From the NCBI GenBank assembly GCA_964016885.1, contig OZ024750.1, positions 8,680,001 to 8,744,000 of the forward strand: a stretch of 64,000 bases of DNA, given 5' to 3'. A model generated the notes under the pieces. It was not told the DNA's origin, searched no databases, and saw only the letters and a program-made list of their open reading frames with translations. Below are positions 39,441-51,918 of the stretch, piece by piece. Position 1 is the first letter of the stretch; each line of letters starts with the position of its first letter. The translations under genes and the position numbers were made by a program. Origin of the DNA: Eledone cirrhosa. Taxonomy: Eukaryota.

Positions 39441-39763
39441 TACTGTTTTGTAATAATGTATTCTTTCCTTACATAGTAAATTTTATTTTTTGTTTCATAA
39501 TCCATCTACATTTCCTTGCAGCTAAGTGCATTTCAACATCAAATAGATATCTTTTGTAATAATCCTCTATGTGTATCAGAATACATTCTTCTGTTTAGCA
39601 TGTTTATTGAACGTGTATTCTTTCGGCTCACAATGCAACAAGTTGTTTTCTGAGAATCATCTATACACTTCGTTTCAATTTAATCCAATGTATTGCATTA
39701 TAATGTAAAGAATTCTGTTAATACCATCAAACAACCACTGAATTCGTCTTGTTTAGATATTAA

Positions 39764-40003
39764 GGGCGATAGATTGGCAGTAATCGGTAGAGCGTCGGAC
39801 ACCATGTTTTGCAGCATAGAGATACGTCCCGTATAGAGTTATTTGAACTCTATGCCGCTTTGCAGCTTAGAGTTCAAATCCCGCTAAGGTTAGCTTTGCC
39901 TTTCATCCTTACGGAGTCGATAAAATAAAGCACTTGAGTCGATTTAATCGACTTTCCCTCTCACCAAATTGTTGGTCTTGTGCCAATAGTAGAAATCATT
40001 ATT
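39764..40003 (+). mobile_element. SINE family A (long) with internal rearrangement
   Basis: Consensus head and tail; inserted small palindrome atagagtt..aactctat at 39833-39853. Confidence 0.88.
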
Positions 40004-40714
40004 ACTATTATACCTTTTATAGTTTTATAACACTTTTCTAGTTGTAGAAGATCTTCGCCGCCTACTCCGTCTGTGTTCGAGTTATGTTTAATGTATCTGT
40101 GTTGTTGTTTATGTGATATGTTTGAAAGGCAGTCAAATTCCTTTTGCTATTTTCTGCTTGTCTAAAATTATTAACTAGGAACTATATAGTATTGATGACT
40201 ATTACCATACCATTATATATTTAGTACTATTTTAAATATTTATCTAAGTTTCATCTTCTAATATAATATTGTATTGGATTTATATCTCACTATCTTTCAA
40301 AATTTCCTTGTGTAGAGGACTATATATTTCTAATCCGATTATCATATCAACTTCTCTCGAATCCAATTACCGTCTGTAGCAATGTTTCTAGATATTTATC
40401 ATTTACAACGTACAATGTGCTGCTATTCATATACACAAACTTAGAGAAACGTGTAGAAAAAGGGAATCAACTTGGGATTTGTTTTAATAATTCTATCTTT
40501 TGCCAGAGCCTGCAAAATTGTTTGCCATTTTCACAAGTTGTGTTTAATGCACTTGCGCTGACATTTTTCATCTTTCTATAGTTTAGGTCAAGTCGTCTGT
40601 TTACTCAGCAATGTATATTTACTAATATATGAACTTTTGTAGTATATACTGCTTCTCTAGTGCTAGGTTGTTTACGGCAATTTCTTTGTTTATTCTTTGG
40701 CCTTACTCTCTCGT

Positions 40715-40945
40715 TCGATGCAGAGCTGAAGGCTGGAAGAGGCCATGTGGCTGGTTTCGCACCAGATGGCTGGATACAATCAGGGAAGATCTCCGGAGGC
40801 TCAACATCACCTTAGAGGATGTACAGGAGCTGGCATGGGACCACCAGAGATTGAAGGCGCTGGTGGACCTGGTCGAGCCCAGGCACGATGATGCTTCTGG
40901 GATCGCTGGCCCAGGATGACCTCGGCCTCGTCGAGCAAGAGCAAA
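40715..40945 (+). mobile_element. RTE-type LINE 3' fragment
   Basis: GWKRPCGWFRTRWLDTIREDLRRLNITLEDVQELAWDHQR, stop, short UTR and (GAGCAA)2 tail. Confidence 0.8.
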
Positions 40946-41282
40946 AAGAAATATATATATATAGAATGAGTGAGTCAGATGTCAGGCCGGTTACAACAGA
41001 CGAAGGTAGAGTGAGTGGGACGAACGGACAGTACCTGGTTGCTAGAAATAGCCGTAAATTTCTCCAAACTAGTCCCCCTCAATCTGTTCGGAAAATAAGT
41101 AGACAGTTAGCTTGATGGAGGTCAGATTAGTTGAAAACATTAAATAAAACTGATAATAATTAAGGTTTTTCGTGTGTTATTAGCGTTCAAAGTACAAACA
41201 AACTTCTTTTTTAATATGTGTGTATAAACCAGTTTTATGACGTATTTTGCAAAACATTCAACAAAGAATATTAATAAATGCC

Positions 41283-41466
41283 AAGATTTACAGAATCGGT
41301 AGAGCGTCAGACACCATGCTTTCTAGCATAGTTACGTCCCTTTACAGTTTGAGTTCAAATCCCGCCGAGGTTATCTTTGCCTTTCATCCTTATGGGGTCG
41401 ATAAAATAAAGTACCAGTAATGTACTGGATAATTGCTGGCCTTGTGCCTAAAGTAGAAACAATTAT
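41283..41466 (+). mobile_element. SINE family A (short variant)
   Basis: Consensus copy. Confidence 0.92.
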
Positions 41467-43414
41467 CCTTATTAAAATGCCTTGACAAGTAAAACTATAC
41501 AAATCACTGTCACTATCCAGTTCTCTAGGCGGTAAATATAAAATGTATTTTTATTTTTTATTTTCTATGAATAAAATATAAGATCTCTCACGTAAGAAAT
41601 ATAACTAAAGAGATAGTCATGTTAAAGAAGTCATTGTAGGTACGAATATTTATATATTAGTTTCAAAGTTTAGAAAAAGAATAATAATGATAAAATACCC
41701 CTCAGTCACGAAATATATTCATCACAGTTTTATAGAAGTTTTGTTATGGAAACATTCCAGCCAAAATGAACTTCATGCATATTAGTTTTATAGAAGGTAT
41801 TTATATAAAATTTTGCTGAAAGTAGGATTTTGTAATACAATATGAAAATGTTATCTCGATTGTTTGTTGCAGAAACAATTGTATTGTATAAACAAATATA
41901 TATACAGTTATTATCGTCTTCCTTGTAAAAAAAAAAAAAAAAAAAAAAAAATTAAGAAAAACAACGTGACTCTATCTTATAGAAATGACATAACGGGGGA
42001 AAGGCCTCGGGAACTTAACTATATTACAATTCGCATACATACACACCTACATACATACAAGCATACACACATACAGTCATACATACATAATACATACATT
42101 TGTGTGTGTCATTGTATAGAATCATAATTAAGCGCCTAGAGTTTAGTTGATATATAACTGACAATAACTATACCAGGAACATTTCCACGACACAGTTATT
42201 CTGCATTATATATTAGTTTGTATATACATACATACATATATTGTTATACTTTGGGAGGGTCGTGCTGTTTTTGAATGTATTACAAATTTTCCGTTGGTCG
42301 GTTTAATAACCGGATGGTTGTTTATTTATTGTCAAAGTTCTTTCGTCACACATTCTGTGACATCCTCAGTGACTAATTTATTTTTTTTGTCTTTCCTCTA
42401 TTCTTTCCTAGACCATCTTGTTTTTGTGTGTTGTGCACACGTCTACACACATAAAACCCCAGATGTAGATATAGATTGATAGGTTAATATATATATAAAT
42501 ATATACATAAAATGTGTGTGGGAGGGAGTTTTACCCACAACTGTTTGTTTCAATATTTTGGTTTATGTCGTTTAGTGTCATATCATATGTATATGCAATA
42601 TATTCACTTTTAATCTGGGACTGCAAAGGAATTTCTTTTAAGATACAACAAGTATGACCCTGGTAAGAGTCTGAATCGGAATAGTTTAATGTTTATTTCA
42701 AAATTTCATATGTAACCTTCATTACAATAAAATCACAATATTCTTGTCAAATGCTGGCCAAACCTATAATTTTTGGAGGGTTAACTGGCAGCAGAAACAT
42801 CTGATTCCAATATAACTTCAAATATATAAATGGTAATATATGCAATTATATTATATATAAAACTAAGATTAATAATGTAGAACAGCAACAAAATAGATTT
42901 TATTGTGTAGCATTATCTGACGAATGTAACAGTTCAATATCTCATAATCATTAACTTCGTAATAGATCAATGCGTTTATACATTATTCAGTAATAATAGT
43001 AGAATTGATCATGTACCGATTATGCTGACGTCACCAGACGGCGATGTTCTTGTTCGTAAATCTATCCCTATATATATGCCCATCTGATTTCCATAAAATA
43101 GATGATGCTGTCAATCGTCTTTAATTTCTCTGCATTTAAGCGATTCCTTTTTGTATTCATAATAATACATTTTAATATTTAAAATTGAATTCGTATCTAC
43201 ATTCGAAATATTTCTTCTTCTAATTTAGAATATTTTGTGTGCGGATTGATTTATGCTATTATTTCAAGCATCAGCACAAAGCTACACATATGAAGTTAAG
43301 TAATACAAGAGATGTGACGCCCAATTTCCTCTGGATGTATGATCAGTATATTTCGAATTTGTCCATAGTCCACAAAGAAAGTTGAGACAGTTACGCATAG
43401 GATCAAAAAGACAA

Positions 43415-43449
<35 letters not shown>

Positions 43450-43600
43450 GGAATAGTCAGGATCCCGAGGGCTGAGCCCCAGAAGTTTCGACAGCTAGAT
43501 CCGAACTAGATCGGATCTAGCTGTCTATGTTATATAATATATATACTTGAAATTGTATGCCTTATTTCACACGCAGAATATCATCCTAGTCTATATTTAC

Positions 43601-43669
<69 letters not shown>

Positions 43670-44172
43670 GCTCATATTTCCAAGAGTAAACATTAGTAAA
43701 ATATTGGATATTATGAAGAGAACACAGTTCAGTCGAAGCTGTTTCAGGCAGTCTGGTGTCAGAAGGGTTTCAAATGCTTATTGCATGTAATCTATATATT
43801 ATTCTGCTTGTCACAGTGTACATTAAAATGTTTAGGGTGTACAAATAGTTTTGTGATTCAACATCTATCTGAGTATGTGCATGTGTACGTTGATATCCTT
43901 CACACACTGCTTCCTCCCGTCTCTCTCGGGCTCCACAGTTCAGTCTATATGATTGAAACCCATGATCGGTCATCAATGACACTTCGAACAGTAAAATACT
44001 CAATGGGATAGCTGGAATTACATTAACATTGACTCACCTTGTATCATGTTTATTTTCTACCAAGTATCGGGTATGAGTGTATGTCGTGAAACAAACAGAA
44101 TATACCAGATTCATTGAAATGAATCAGAAAAACAATAATGTGGAAACATAGGTGTGATTTATGGGAAACATT

Positions 44173-46145
44173 GCAAGTGATCTTTTCTAAATTCTAAATA
44201 CAGCTGTGTAATATAGTTTGTACAAAACGCCCGAGAGAATAATATTTATACACAATTTATCGGACATAAATAATGTAATATTAATTTCCTCTATATTTAT
44301 GAAATTACCAAATTTAGAATATTTATCTATTTACATGACATTTAACTTATTTAGGTATAATAATTTTCGATATAGCATACCACTTTTATTCCCGTACCCA
44401 GGCCTCGACTCAGCATACGTACAGAGAAATACCATTGTTCCTAGTGGTTGGGTTAATGGCTGTGCATCGCTCTTCTGAATCACGCATTCGATTCAAAATG
44501 AAGTCTTTTTTTAACTTCTCTATATTCAGGCTCTTGAGCAAGTGATTTTTCTAAATTAGAAATACAGCTACGTAATATGGTTTGTACAAAACACCCAAGT
44601 AATAATATCTATTCAAATTTTATCGGAAATAAATGATAATGTAATATTAATTTCCTGTATATTTATGAAGTTACCAAATTTATACTAACATTTATCTATG
44701 TACATCACTTATCTTTTAACTGAATAACTCACCTCTGTGTTATTGCCTGATTGTCTTGTATGACACGTTAATCCTGTAAGGCTAACACATACGAGGTGGG
44801 GCAGAAAAGTTCCAGGACTGATGTCACAAAAGATTTATTTCAGACCCAAACTTCACACTAAGAGTTTTCTCTTTCAAAATAATCCCCCTGGAGTCTAATT
44901 CACTTTTCCATCCTTTTCTGCCACGCTTGCATGCACTCCTGGAAGGATTCTTCCTGGATCCTCCGCAGTTCCGTCGTCACGGCCTTTTTGATGTCGTCCA
45001 TGTCTTCAAAACGGGTCCCCTCCGAGTCGTACTCGAATATACATGACTCATCACCGGTGATGACTATCCCTAGCAAGTCTGGTTCGGTTTCAAGACGCTC
45101 GAGGATGTCTTGGCACACTTGCATGCGTCGACCCTTCTGGTCATCGTTCAGCAGTTTTGGCACCATCTTCGAGCAAACTTTCCGCATGTGAGAATCTTCC
45201 AGACGCTGTCCCGATTCATGCCCAGCTCATTTGCCATCAGTCGAACAGTCAGCCGACGATCACTACGCACCATCTGCCTGACGCTCTCAACGTTGACCTC
45301 AGTCCTGGGGTCATCTTCCACGTCCTCGCGTCCTTCTTTAAACCTCTTGTACCACTCAAAAACACGTGAGCGTGACATCGTCTCATCTCCATACACTTTC
45401 TGCAGCAATCCCAGTGCTTCTGACGGAGCTTTCAAGTTTGTTTATTGCTCTGTGCTCATTGCTTGACGACATGAAACAGAGGACATGTTTATAAAATTAT
45501 GAAGAAAAAAGTTTGATCGCTGCAGAGAGCTAAGATTACAGTTACATACTCTAGGGGGATTACTTTGAAGGAGAAAACTCTTAGTGTGAAGTTTGGGTTT
45601 GAAATAAATCTTTTGTGACATCAGTCCTGGAACTTTTCTGACCCACCTCGTATATCAATGAGAATATAAAAGTAATATATTTTTTATAATTGCTTCATAA
45701 TTCTATATTGTATGACACGATAAACAAACAGTCAACTCTGTTTAGGTTACAAAGGGCTTACGCTCGATATACAAGCGTTTATACGATGTGTGCAGTAAAT
45801 CTAACTTGCTAAACTACTTCACCGTCTAGTCTCTCAGAGTTTCGCAAAAGATGAAGTTCATTGGACAAGCCTCAATGTCTATGTCATGTCAAAAATTCTT
45901 CACATAACACAATAGATATGGAAAATTCACTAGCTAATTTTATAGATCTTCCCGATAGTAAATAAAATGTGTGATTCTAAGGTATATCTATTAATAGAAT
46001 AACCAACGCATACTATAACACAGTACAGAAATATTTAAGCATAATCATTTTTTGTATAGCATACCACTTTCATTCCCGTTGCCAGGCATCGACTCGGCAT
46101 TTGTACAGAACAATATCATCTTTCTAGTAGTTGTGTTAATGCCTG
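44173..46145. repeat. Old tandem duplication whose second copy is split by a ~1.3-kb insertion
   Basis: 44173-44462 aligns to 44538-44708 joined to 46032-46145. Confidence 0.8.
44790..45652 (-). mobile_element. Internally deleted mariner transposon with ~105-bp TIRs and TA TSD
   Basis: TIRs cgaggtggg(g/t)cagaaaagttccaggactg...; transposase pieces KVYGDETMSRSRVFEWYKRFKEGREDVEDDPR, KMVPKLL, VITGDES, RFEDMDDIKKAV, QGDYFE. Confidence 0.95.
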
Positions 46146-46222
46146 GAAATAGCCGTTGAAACGGCAAGAGTTCCAGACTCTTCATTATATATATATATAT
46201 ATATTAAAATAACCGATTACAC

Positions 46223-46310
46223 TTTGAGCAAAGAATCGCTGCTTTCAGAAGATCCCGTTAAGAGTGAAAGCGATTCTTTGCTTAAACTTTAATCTGTTAT
46301 TTTAATAAAT
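46223..46310 (+). mobile_element. Hammerhead-like repeat, CAGAAGA family (copy A) with upstream inverted partial copy
   Basis: ttt-CAGAAGA-tcccgttaagagt-GAAA-gcgattctttgc-TT-aaa; 46223-46240 is an inverted copy of 46269-46286. Confidence 0.6.
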
Positions 46311-47204
46311 ATTTGCTCTATGGTTTTATATATTTTGATATCCTTATCGAGCCGTCTTCGGATTTTATTCTTCACATGTATTATTATTATTACTACATAA
46401 AAAATCATTCTTTGATTTATTCATTGAACCTTGTTTTAGCCTTTAAATATATATATATATATACTTCAGAATCATAAGCAGATTCTCTGTCCACAGATAT
46501 ATTACACTATGTTTATCAAGGATATGTGTAATATATTTGAACATATTCAAGTATTATGAACCGGTATGTTATTTTGTTTTAGTGTTTGCTTTACATCACA
46601 TCCTCTATAAATCAATTTATTCTGTCTCTTTATTTTGTATTGAAGTCTGTTTACATAAAGCTGAGACAGTCATGAAAACATGAGCTAGCTATAAATTTCC
46701 TTGTCGCAATCGTTCCGATCCAAACATATACATGTATGTATGTGTGTATATATATATATACATACACACATCCCTCCACACACACACACATATATATATA
46801 TATTAACATGTACGCATGCTCACACACACACACACTAATGTAGTGTAGCTTAGTAAAGTTCGAATATAACACAATCTGTGGAAACTGGTTGTGGTATAGA
46901 GATGTTTATTACACTAACTATTGTGTCAATTAGTTATAATTGTTACGTTAGTCTTCTCTTTAAAAAATAGATATCAACCACGTTGATCACAGATATCGCA
47001 ATAAATACATCGTCTACGGGACAGGATTCTGATATGTGTTGCTGTTTCAGTGTTTCGTTTTATTGTTAATCGAGCTAATTGATAGTGTGGTTTAGGTTTC
47101 GTAAAACAGTGAAATAATATATATATAATTTTAGTTTACAAAGCTAACCGAACTGAATTCATGCAGTCTCAGCGAGTTCCTTACAATGAGATATAAGATT
47201 TGTA

Positions 47205-47552
47205 CTTAGGAATATGGCATGGCACGGTCGCATAACTTTTAAAGGTGCCATCGAGGCGCTATATTGACATACGGAATTTCTTGGGCATCTTGAAACCTGG
47301 CGGAGCCCATCCCTCTCCAGGCCTGAGTACAGCAGATTTCTTCCAGCGAAAGATAAGAAGTAAGAGAGAGAGAGGAAATGAAAAAGAGATATAGAGGAAG
47401 AATCAACTCCAGTACTAGACTGGTACTTTGTTATCGACCTGGAAAGGATGAAAGGCAGAGTTGATCTCGGCGGGATTTGAACTCAGAGAGCAGAAAACCA
47501 AAGCAAATACCATAAAACATTCTATCCGACGTTCTTCCGACTCGCCGCCACC
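47205..47552 (-). mobile_element. Composite SINE (family A-like head + CT tract + distinct ~140-bp tail)
   Basis: Head at 47400-47552, CT tract at 47350-47400, tail ctggaagaaatctgctgtactcagg..cgtatgtcaatatagcgcc shared with 61260-61385 and 61752-61812. Confidence 0.8.
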
Positions 47553-48019
47553 TAAGAATATACACGCGTATAATTCAGACTGGTCACTAGAATTTAATAG
47601 TAAGGAAGCCAGTAACCCTTAGGTAGTGATAATTGTATAACATATAAAGCCGGTTTATCGATAGTTTCTATACTACAGTCTGATTTTAACAGCTATAACT
47701 GCAACTGTTATTCCCAGTAGTCTAGTAATATATGTTGCTATTACATAATAGATGCTGTAAAGTCTCCATCATATAATTTTCACTTGTAGTGTACTGAGTA
47801 GGACCTGAACTACAAACCATTGTTTTGGGAACCTAGATACTTGACAATATAGTTTAGTCTGTATATGTCATGTTATGTAATGGCGAAGAGAAATTTATAT
47901 CAATTTGGGAAAGAGCTGCTCGATGAGGTCACATGTTATTAATGTAGAAAATGTGAGGTCAAATAAGGTATCTAACATTTCTTTCAGTTATTGATTAAGT
48001 TATATATTAATAGTCACAT

Positions 48020-48385
48020 TTCCTAGGGGTAACACCTCATGGTTCAATGACAGCCAGTTATTCGAATTTCAAACATATGGAAGCATTAGATGATATACAA
48101 GTTTAAGTCTAATATTATTATTTAAGTATATATCATAAAGAGATGGAACCCGACGGCTGAGCTCTTGCGGTTTCAACAGCTCTTTACAGACTGGGTAAAA
48201 ATATAATATAATCATACTCGACTACTTTGCTGTATAATAGTGTACAAGTTTGCAAACTAAATCCATCTAGATTTAGTATGTTATGGTTCGTATAACCCTA
48301 GTGATATTTCTCATGGTTCAATGACTGTTCACTCCAGCAATCTGTTATTCGAATTTGAAACATATGGAAGAATTAGATGATATGC
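48020..48385. repeat. Diverged ~80-bp direct repeat pair
   Basis: ctcatggttcaatgac..gttattcgaattt.aaacatatggaag.attagatgatat at 48036-48096 and 48310-48383. Confidence 0.85.
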
Positions 48386-48474
48386 TTCATATAATTATCA
48401 AGAGAAAATTAAGGTTAACGATGAATCTAATAAGAATTTTAATGTCATATGAATTTTAATGTCATTAATTATAG

Positions 48475-48646
48475 TATCGGTAGAGGGTCGGACGCCATGC
48501 TTTGCAGCACAGTTACGTCCCTTTGCGTACTGAGTTCAAAACCCACCGAGGTTAACTTTGCCTTTCATCCTTACGGGGTCGATAAAATAAAGTACCAGTA
48601 ATACACTGGGATAATTGCTGGCCTTGTGCCAAAAGTAGAAACAATT
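48475..48646 (+). mobile_element. SINE family A (short variant)
   Basis: TSD attaattatag at 48464-48474 and 48644-48654. Confidence 0.93.
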
Positions 48647-48947
48647 AATTATAGCATTGTTTACAGAAATGACATTTTATCTTGGAAACATGGGAAATAG
48701 TGAAAGGTGAAAATATAGATAACGTAAGTGAACATCGATGTAAATTTGTCGATTTGTTAAACATACATATATATATTAAAAATATCTTTACGAATTATTA
48801 TTATTATTATTATTTATTTTCTTTTTTTAAATAAAAAACATTATAGTTAATATGTAATCTGTGTGTGTGGTTTAGCAATTTGTGTCAGAAGCAGGTGGTC
48901 TCTTGTTTATAAACACAATATACATTCGCCATATGAAACATATCTAA

Positions 48948-49204
48948 AGTCTGTCTTAAGCTAGAAGTCTCGTTAGGCCAGTGCTTGTCACGGTTTCATG
49001 GCACGAAGCGACTGAGAGTGCAAGACTCTCCCCTGGACAGGACGCCAGTCCATCGCAGGGTTAAACCCCCCATCTATTACTGGTATTCATGTTCAGCTGA
49101 GTATACTGGAGCAACGTGAAGACAACACGCAACCCAGCCCAGGAATCGAACTCACGACATTATGGTCGTAAGTCCAACCCCCTTACGACTAGGACACGCG
49201 CCTC
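48948..49204 (-). mobile_element. SINE family B, tail type 2
   Basis: tRNA head with B box gagttcgattcc on minus; tail homologous to the 33855 units. Confidence 0.88.
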
Positions 49205-49454
49205 TTTGATACAGCTAAGTTTCCATATGAAACTTAGCTGTATCAAATATATTTTGTCACAAAAGTCCTATGCTGTATTCTGACATTTGATTGAATCCGC
49301 ATTACAGCAAACAAATTGAAAACTATTTTCAAATTACAGTCATATTAATTACTTGAAAGGTTATTTAAAGGGTATTTATCAATAAAAATTGCTTGCATCA
49401 TTCTAACTTGAATGTGGTAGAGGATATTGGTTTAGGGAACAATATTGATGCAAA

Positions 49455-49580
49455 TAAGGAAGATGTATAGCGTAGTTGTTACGTTGTTCGGTTCATGATC
49501 CTATGGTCGATTCTCAGTTGTATGTTGTCTCCCTCAATAACATATTATTTCACTTTTCCTAGTTTACTCAGAACGAAATA
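49455..49580 (+). mobile_element. Degraded SINE family B head
   Basis: tagcgtagttgtta..catgatc..gtcgattc..gttgtctccctcaa..attttcac. Confidence 0.45.
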
Positions 49581-50356
49581 ATGAGCCCTACATGAATATC
49601 AAAGAGCCAGTTTTATCCTAAACTGTGTCACGTTGAATCTCCTTCTGCATGGCACAGATATGAGTGAAGGGTACACATGTCTATAGGATTAAATTCTACA
49701 CTGAACCCTGACCAAGACTAACAATTCTGATATTCCAACTCGGCTGGATTACTATTTTAATTATCGACTTTAAGAAGACTAAAGATGCAGTTGACTTTGG
49801 TGGAATTTTAACTAAGAACACAGAGCTTCTAGAACAAATTCTGACGCATTTAATTCAATGCTTTTATTATTTTACTAATTGACAGCGTTTTGCTCTTTCA
49901 TAGGCTCTATAATATTAAATTCAATTAAAATCCAACAATAGTGTAATCAAGAAATGATTTAAAAGAAAACTTAATGAACGAGAATAATCACTATTCATCA
50001 TTTTAGCTTTTTTGAAAAACATGTATTTAGCTTTGTTCCTTGAACTATTCCAATTGAAATCATTTATATTAGTGTAGAAAAAGATGACAATTAATTCAGT
50101 CCATTATTATATGAAACACGCTGTCGATTTAAACGATTTCACATTAAAATAGCCGATTGATAATTTAATTTATGTCTTTAGTTCAGTAGGATTTAATAAA
50201 GTACAATCAAATTTTATATGAATATTATTTTTGTGAGAAAAAAAATCCAAAATTAAACGCTAAATGCAGAGGTTATATGTAAATTTGTTGGGATTCAACA
50301 AACTTTAAAATGTTATAACTGATATAAAGCACTCAACAGTTAGTGGAGTAAATATT

Positions 50357-50460
50357 CAATATATTAATAAATTTAAACTATATTTATAAAACCATAATTA
50401 TTTTATATATATTTCAAGGGCAACCAAGGCAAATTTTGGTGCGCTTTCATCAGATAAAAT
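50357..50460 (-). mobile_element. Penelope-like pLTR remnant with minimal hammerhead (copy 2)
   Basis: Minus reads attttat-CTGATGA-aagcgcacc..ggttgccctt-GAAA-tatat-ataaaat. Confidence 0.6.
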
Positions 50461-50583
50461 ACAAATTTGTTTTATTGACATACCTGCATAAAGACAACCT
50501 TAACGGTTGAGGTTCGCTATATATATATATATATATATATGGCAGTATTCCGTACCCTTTCGTCTGCTGGTGTTTGTTTATTC

Positions 50584-50620
<37 letters not shown>

Positions 50621-50626
<6 letters not shown>

Positions 50627-50962
50627 TAGTGAAATAGAGTTTCCGCCGTATTTTTGACTAAGTGAATTTGCCTAATAGCTGGAGTTATAAAAAAAACCCA
50701 GATTGTAAAAAGGATGGGTATTGACGTACATGGGACACGAACACACATCTTTGGCAACATAACCACTGTGCTAACATTTACACCAATATGCGACCCACCA
50801 AATTTCCAATCAAATTTGAAGCTATATAATCATAGCGTATAATCAATGCAATCATATAATCAATGCCCATCCTTTTTCCAATCTGGGGTTTTTTATAACT
50901 CCAACTTTAGGCTAATTTACTCAGTCAAAAATACGGGGGAAACTCTATTTTCACTATCTAAT
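50621..50962. mobile_element. MITE-like element with ~100-bp imperfect TIRs
   Basis: 50621-50723 is approximately the reverse complement of 50860-50962. Confidence 0.8.
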
Positions 50963-51643
50963 TTTCAAATTCTCCGCTGTTTGTAAACAAAGCTAATTTT
51001 CAAAACCAAAGCTAACCTCTGTATCATATATATATATATATATATATATATACCATAGATCACAGCGGGATTAGAACACAGTCTGTATAGTAATACATCT
51101 ATGTCAAAATCTGACACTTTTGCTTTTGTTATGCCAAAGTTTTTAGCTGTGTTTTCATCCACATTCTTATTTAAACAGATTTTTTTTTATACAGTTGGCT
51201 GAACACATGTTGATCATATTCTAAATATCTATATTACTTTTCATCGAATGTATTTTTAACGATTTTCACATTATCATGAACACCTATTTTTCATCGAATC
51301 TTCCTTTAACGATATTGTCAATACTATGAACACCTCAGTTTTTTTCTTTTCCTTAAAATTAAAATTATTTCCTATAAAAACTGGTCAATATTTATTTTTA
51401 TTTAAATTCATATTTGATAATTAGTATTTCTTACTTTCAATATACGTTTAAATGTTATTCATTATCCACTTGAAATGGTAAAAATAGTCTGGTTTAGTTG
51501 CAAACACAACGTCTGTTACGAACCTGTGTATTCTCTATTGTTTTAATAACCAGAGTTAGTCGTTTAGTTTACATATTGTGATACCAACCCATCCGATTTA
51601 TTTTTTAACGTATGGGATTTCTAGTATTTTTTTTTTCATATAT

Positions 51644-51752
51644 GCGATGCGTTATGTCCTTGAGCAAGACACTTTATTTCACGTTGCTCCTTCTACCTGG
51701 AGTTGCGACCGATAGATAATACTAGCAACTGAGAAGACGATTTCGATCGATC
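51644..51752 (+). mobile_element. 5'-truncated SINE family B, tail type 1
   Basis: Matches 16733-16870. Confidence 0.85.
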
Positions 51753-51834
51753 CTTTTTTTTTTAATGTATAAAGAAAATTAATTATCGTAGGGATGTTAA
51801 CACTTAAAATAAAATTTCGGCGGAGATAAATTAA

Positions 51835-51918
51835 CAAAATTTAATAAGCGGAAGGTTGGAAAAAATCTGAAAAATTAATAAGCGCTGAGAGGGAACGATT
51901 ATTCGAGACACCAGAGTA
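51835..51918. mobile_element. Solo DNA-transposon end (tentative)
   Basis: Repeated aattaataagcg, ending attcgagacaccagagTA; no partner TIR seen. Confidence 0.4.

Larger units (their letters stand above)
38500..40620 (-). pseudogene. Heavily decayed L1/Tx1-like ORF2 relic (tentative), interrupted by SINEs
   Basis: Strong A-richness on minus; remnants such as AAKIFYN*K (cf. KYFYNLEK) near 40050 and a DG..TEF-like segment near 39720. Confidence 0.35.

Noticed and set aside
43455-43526. Type II hammerhead in the GAAAC motif family
   Set aside because: No stem III pairing and no CUGANGA in the correct position.
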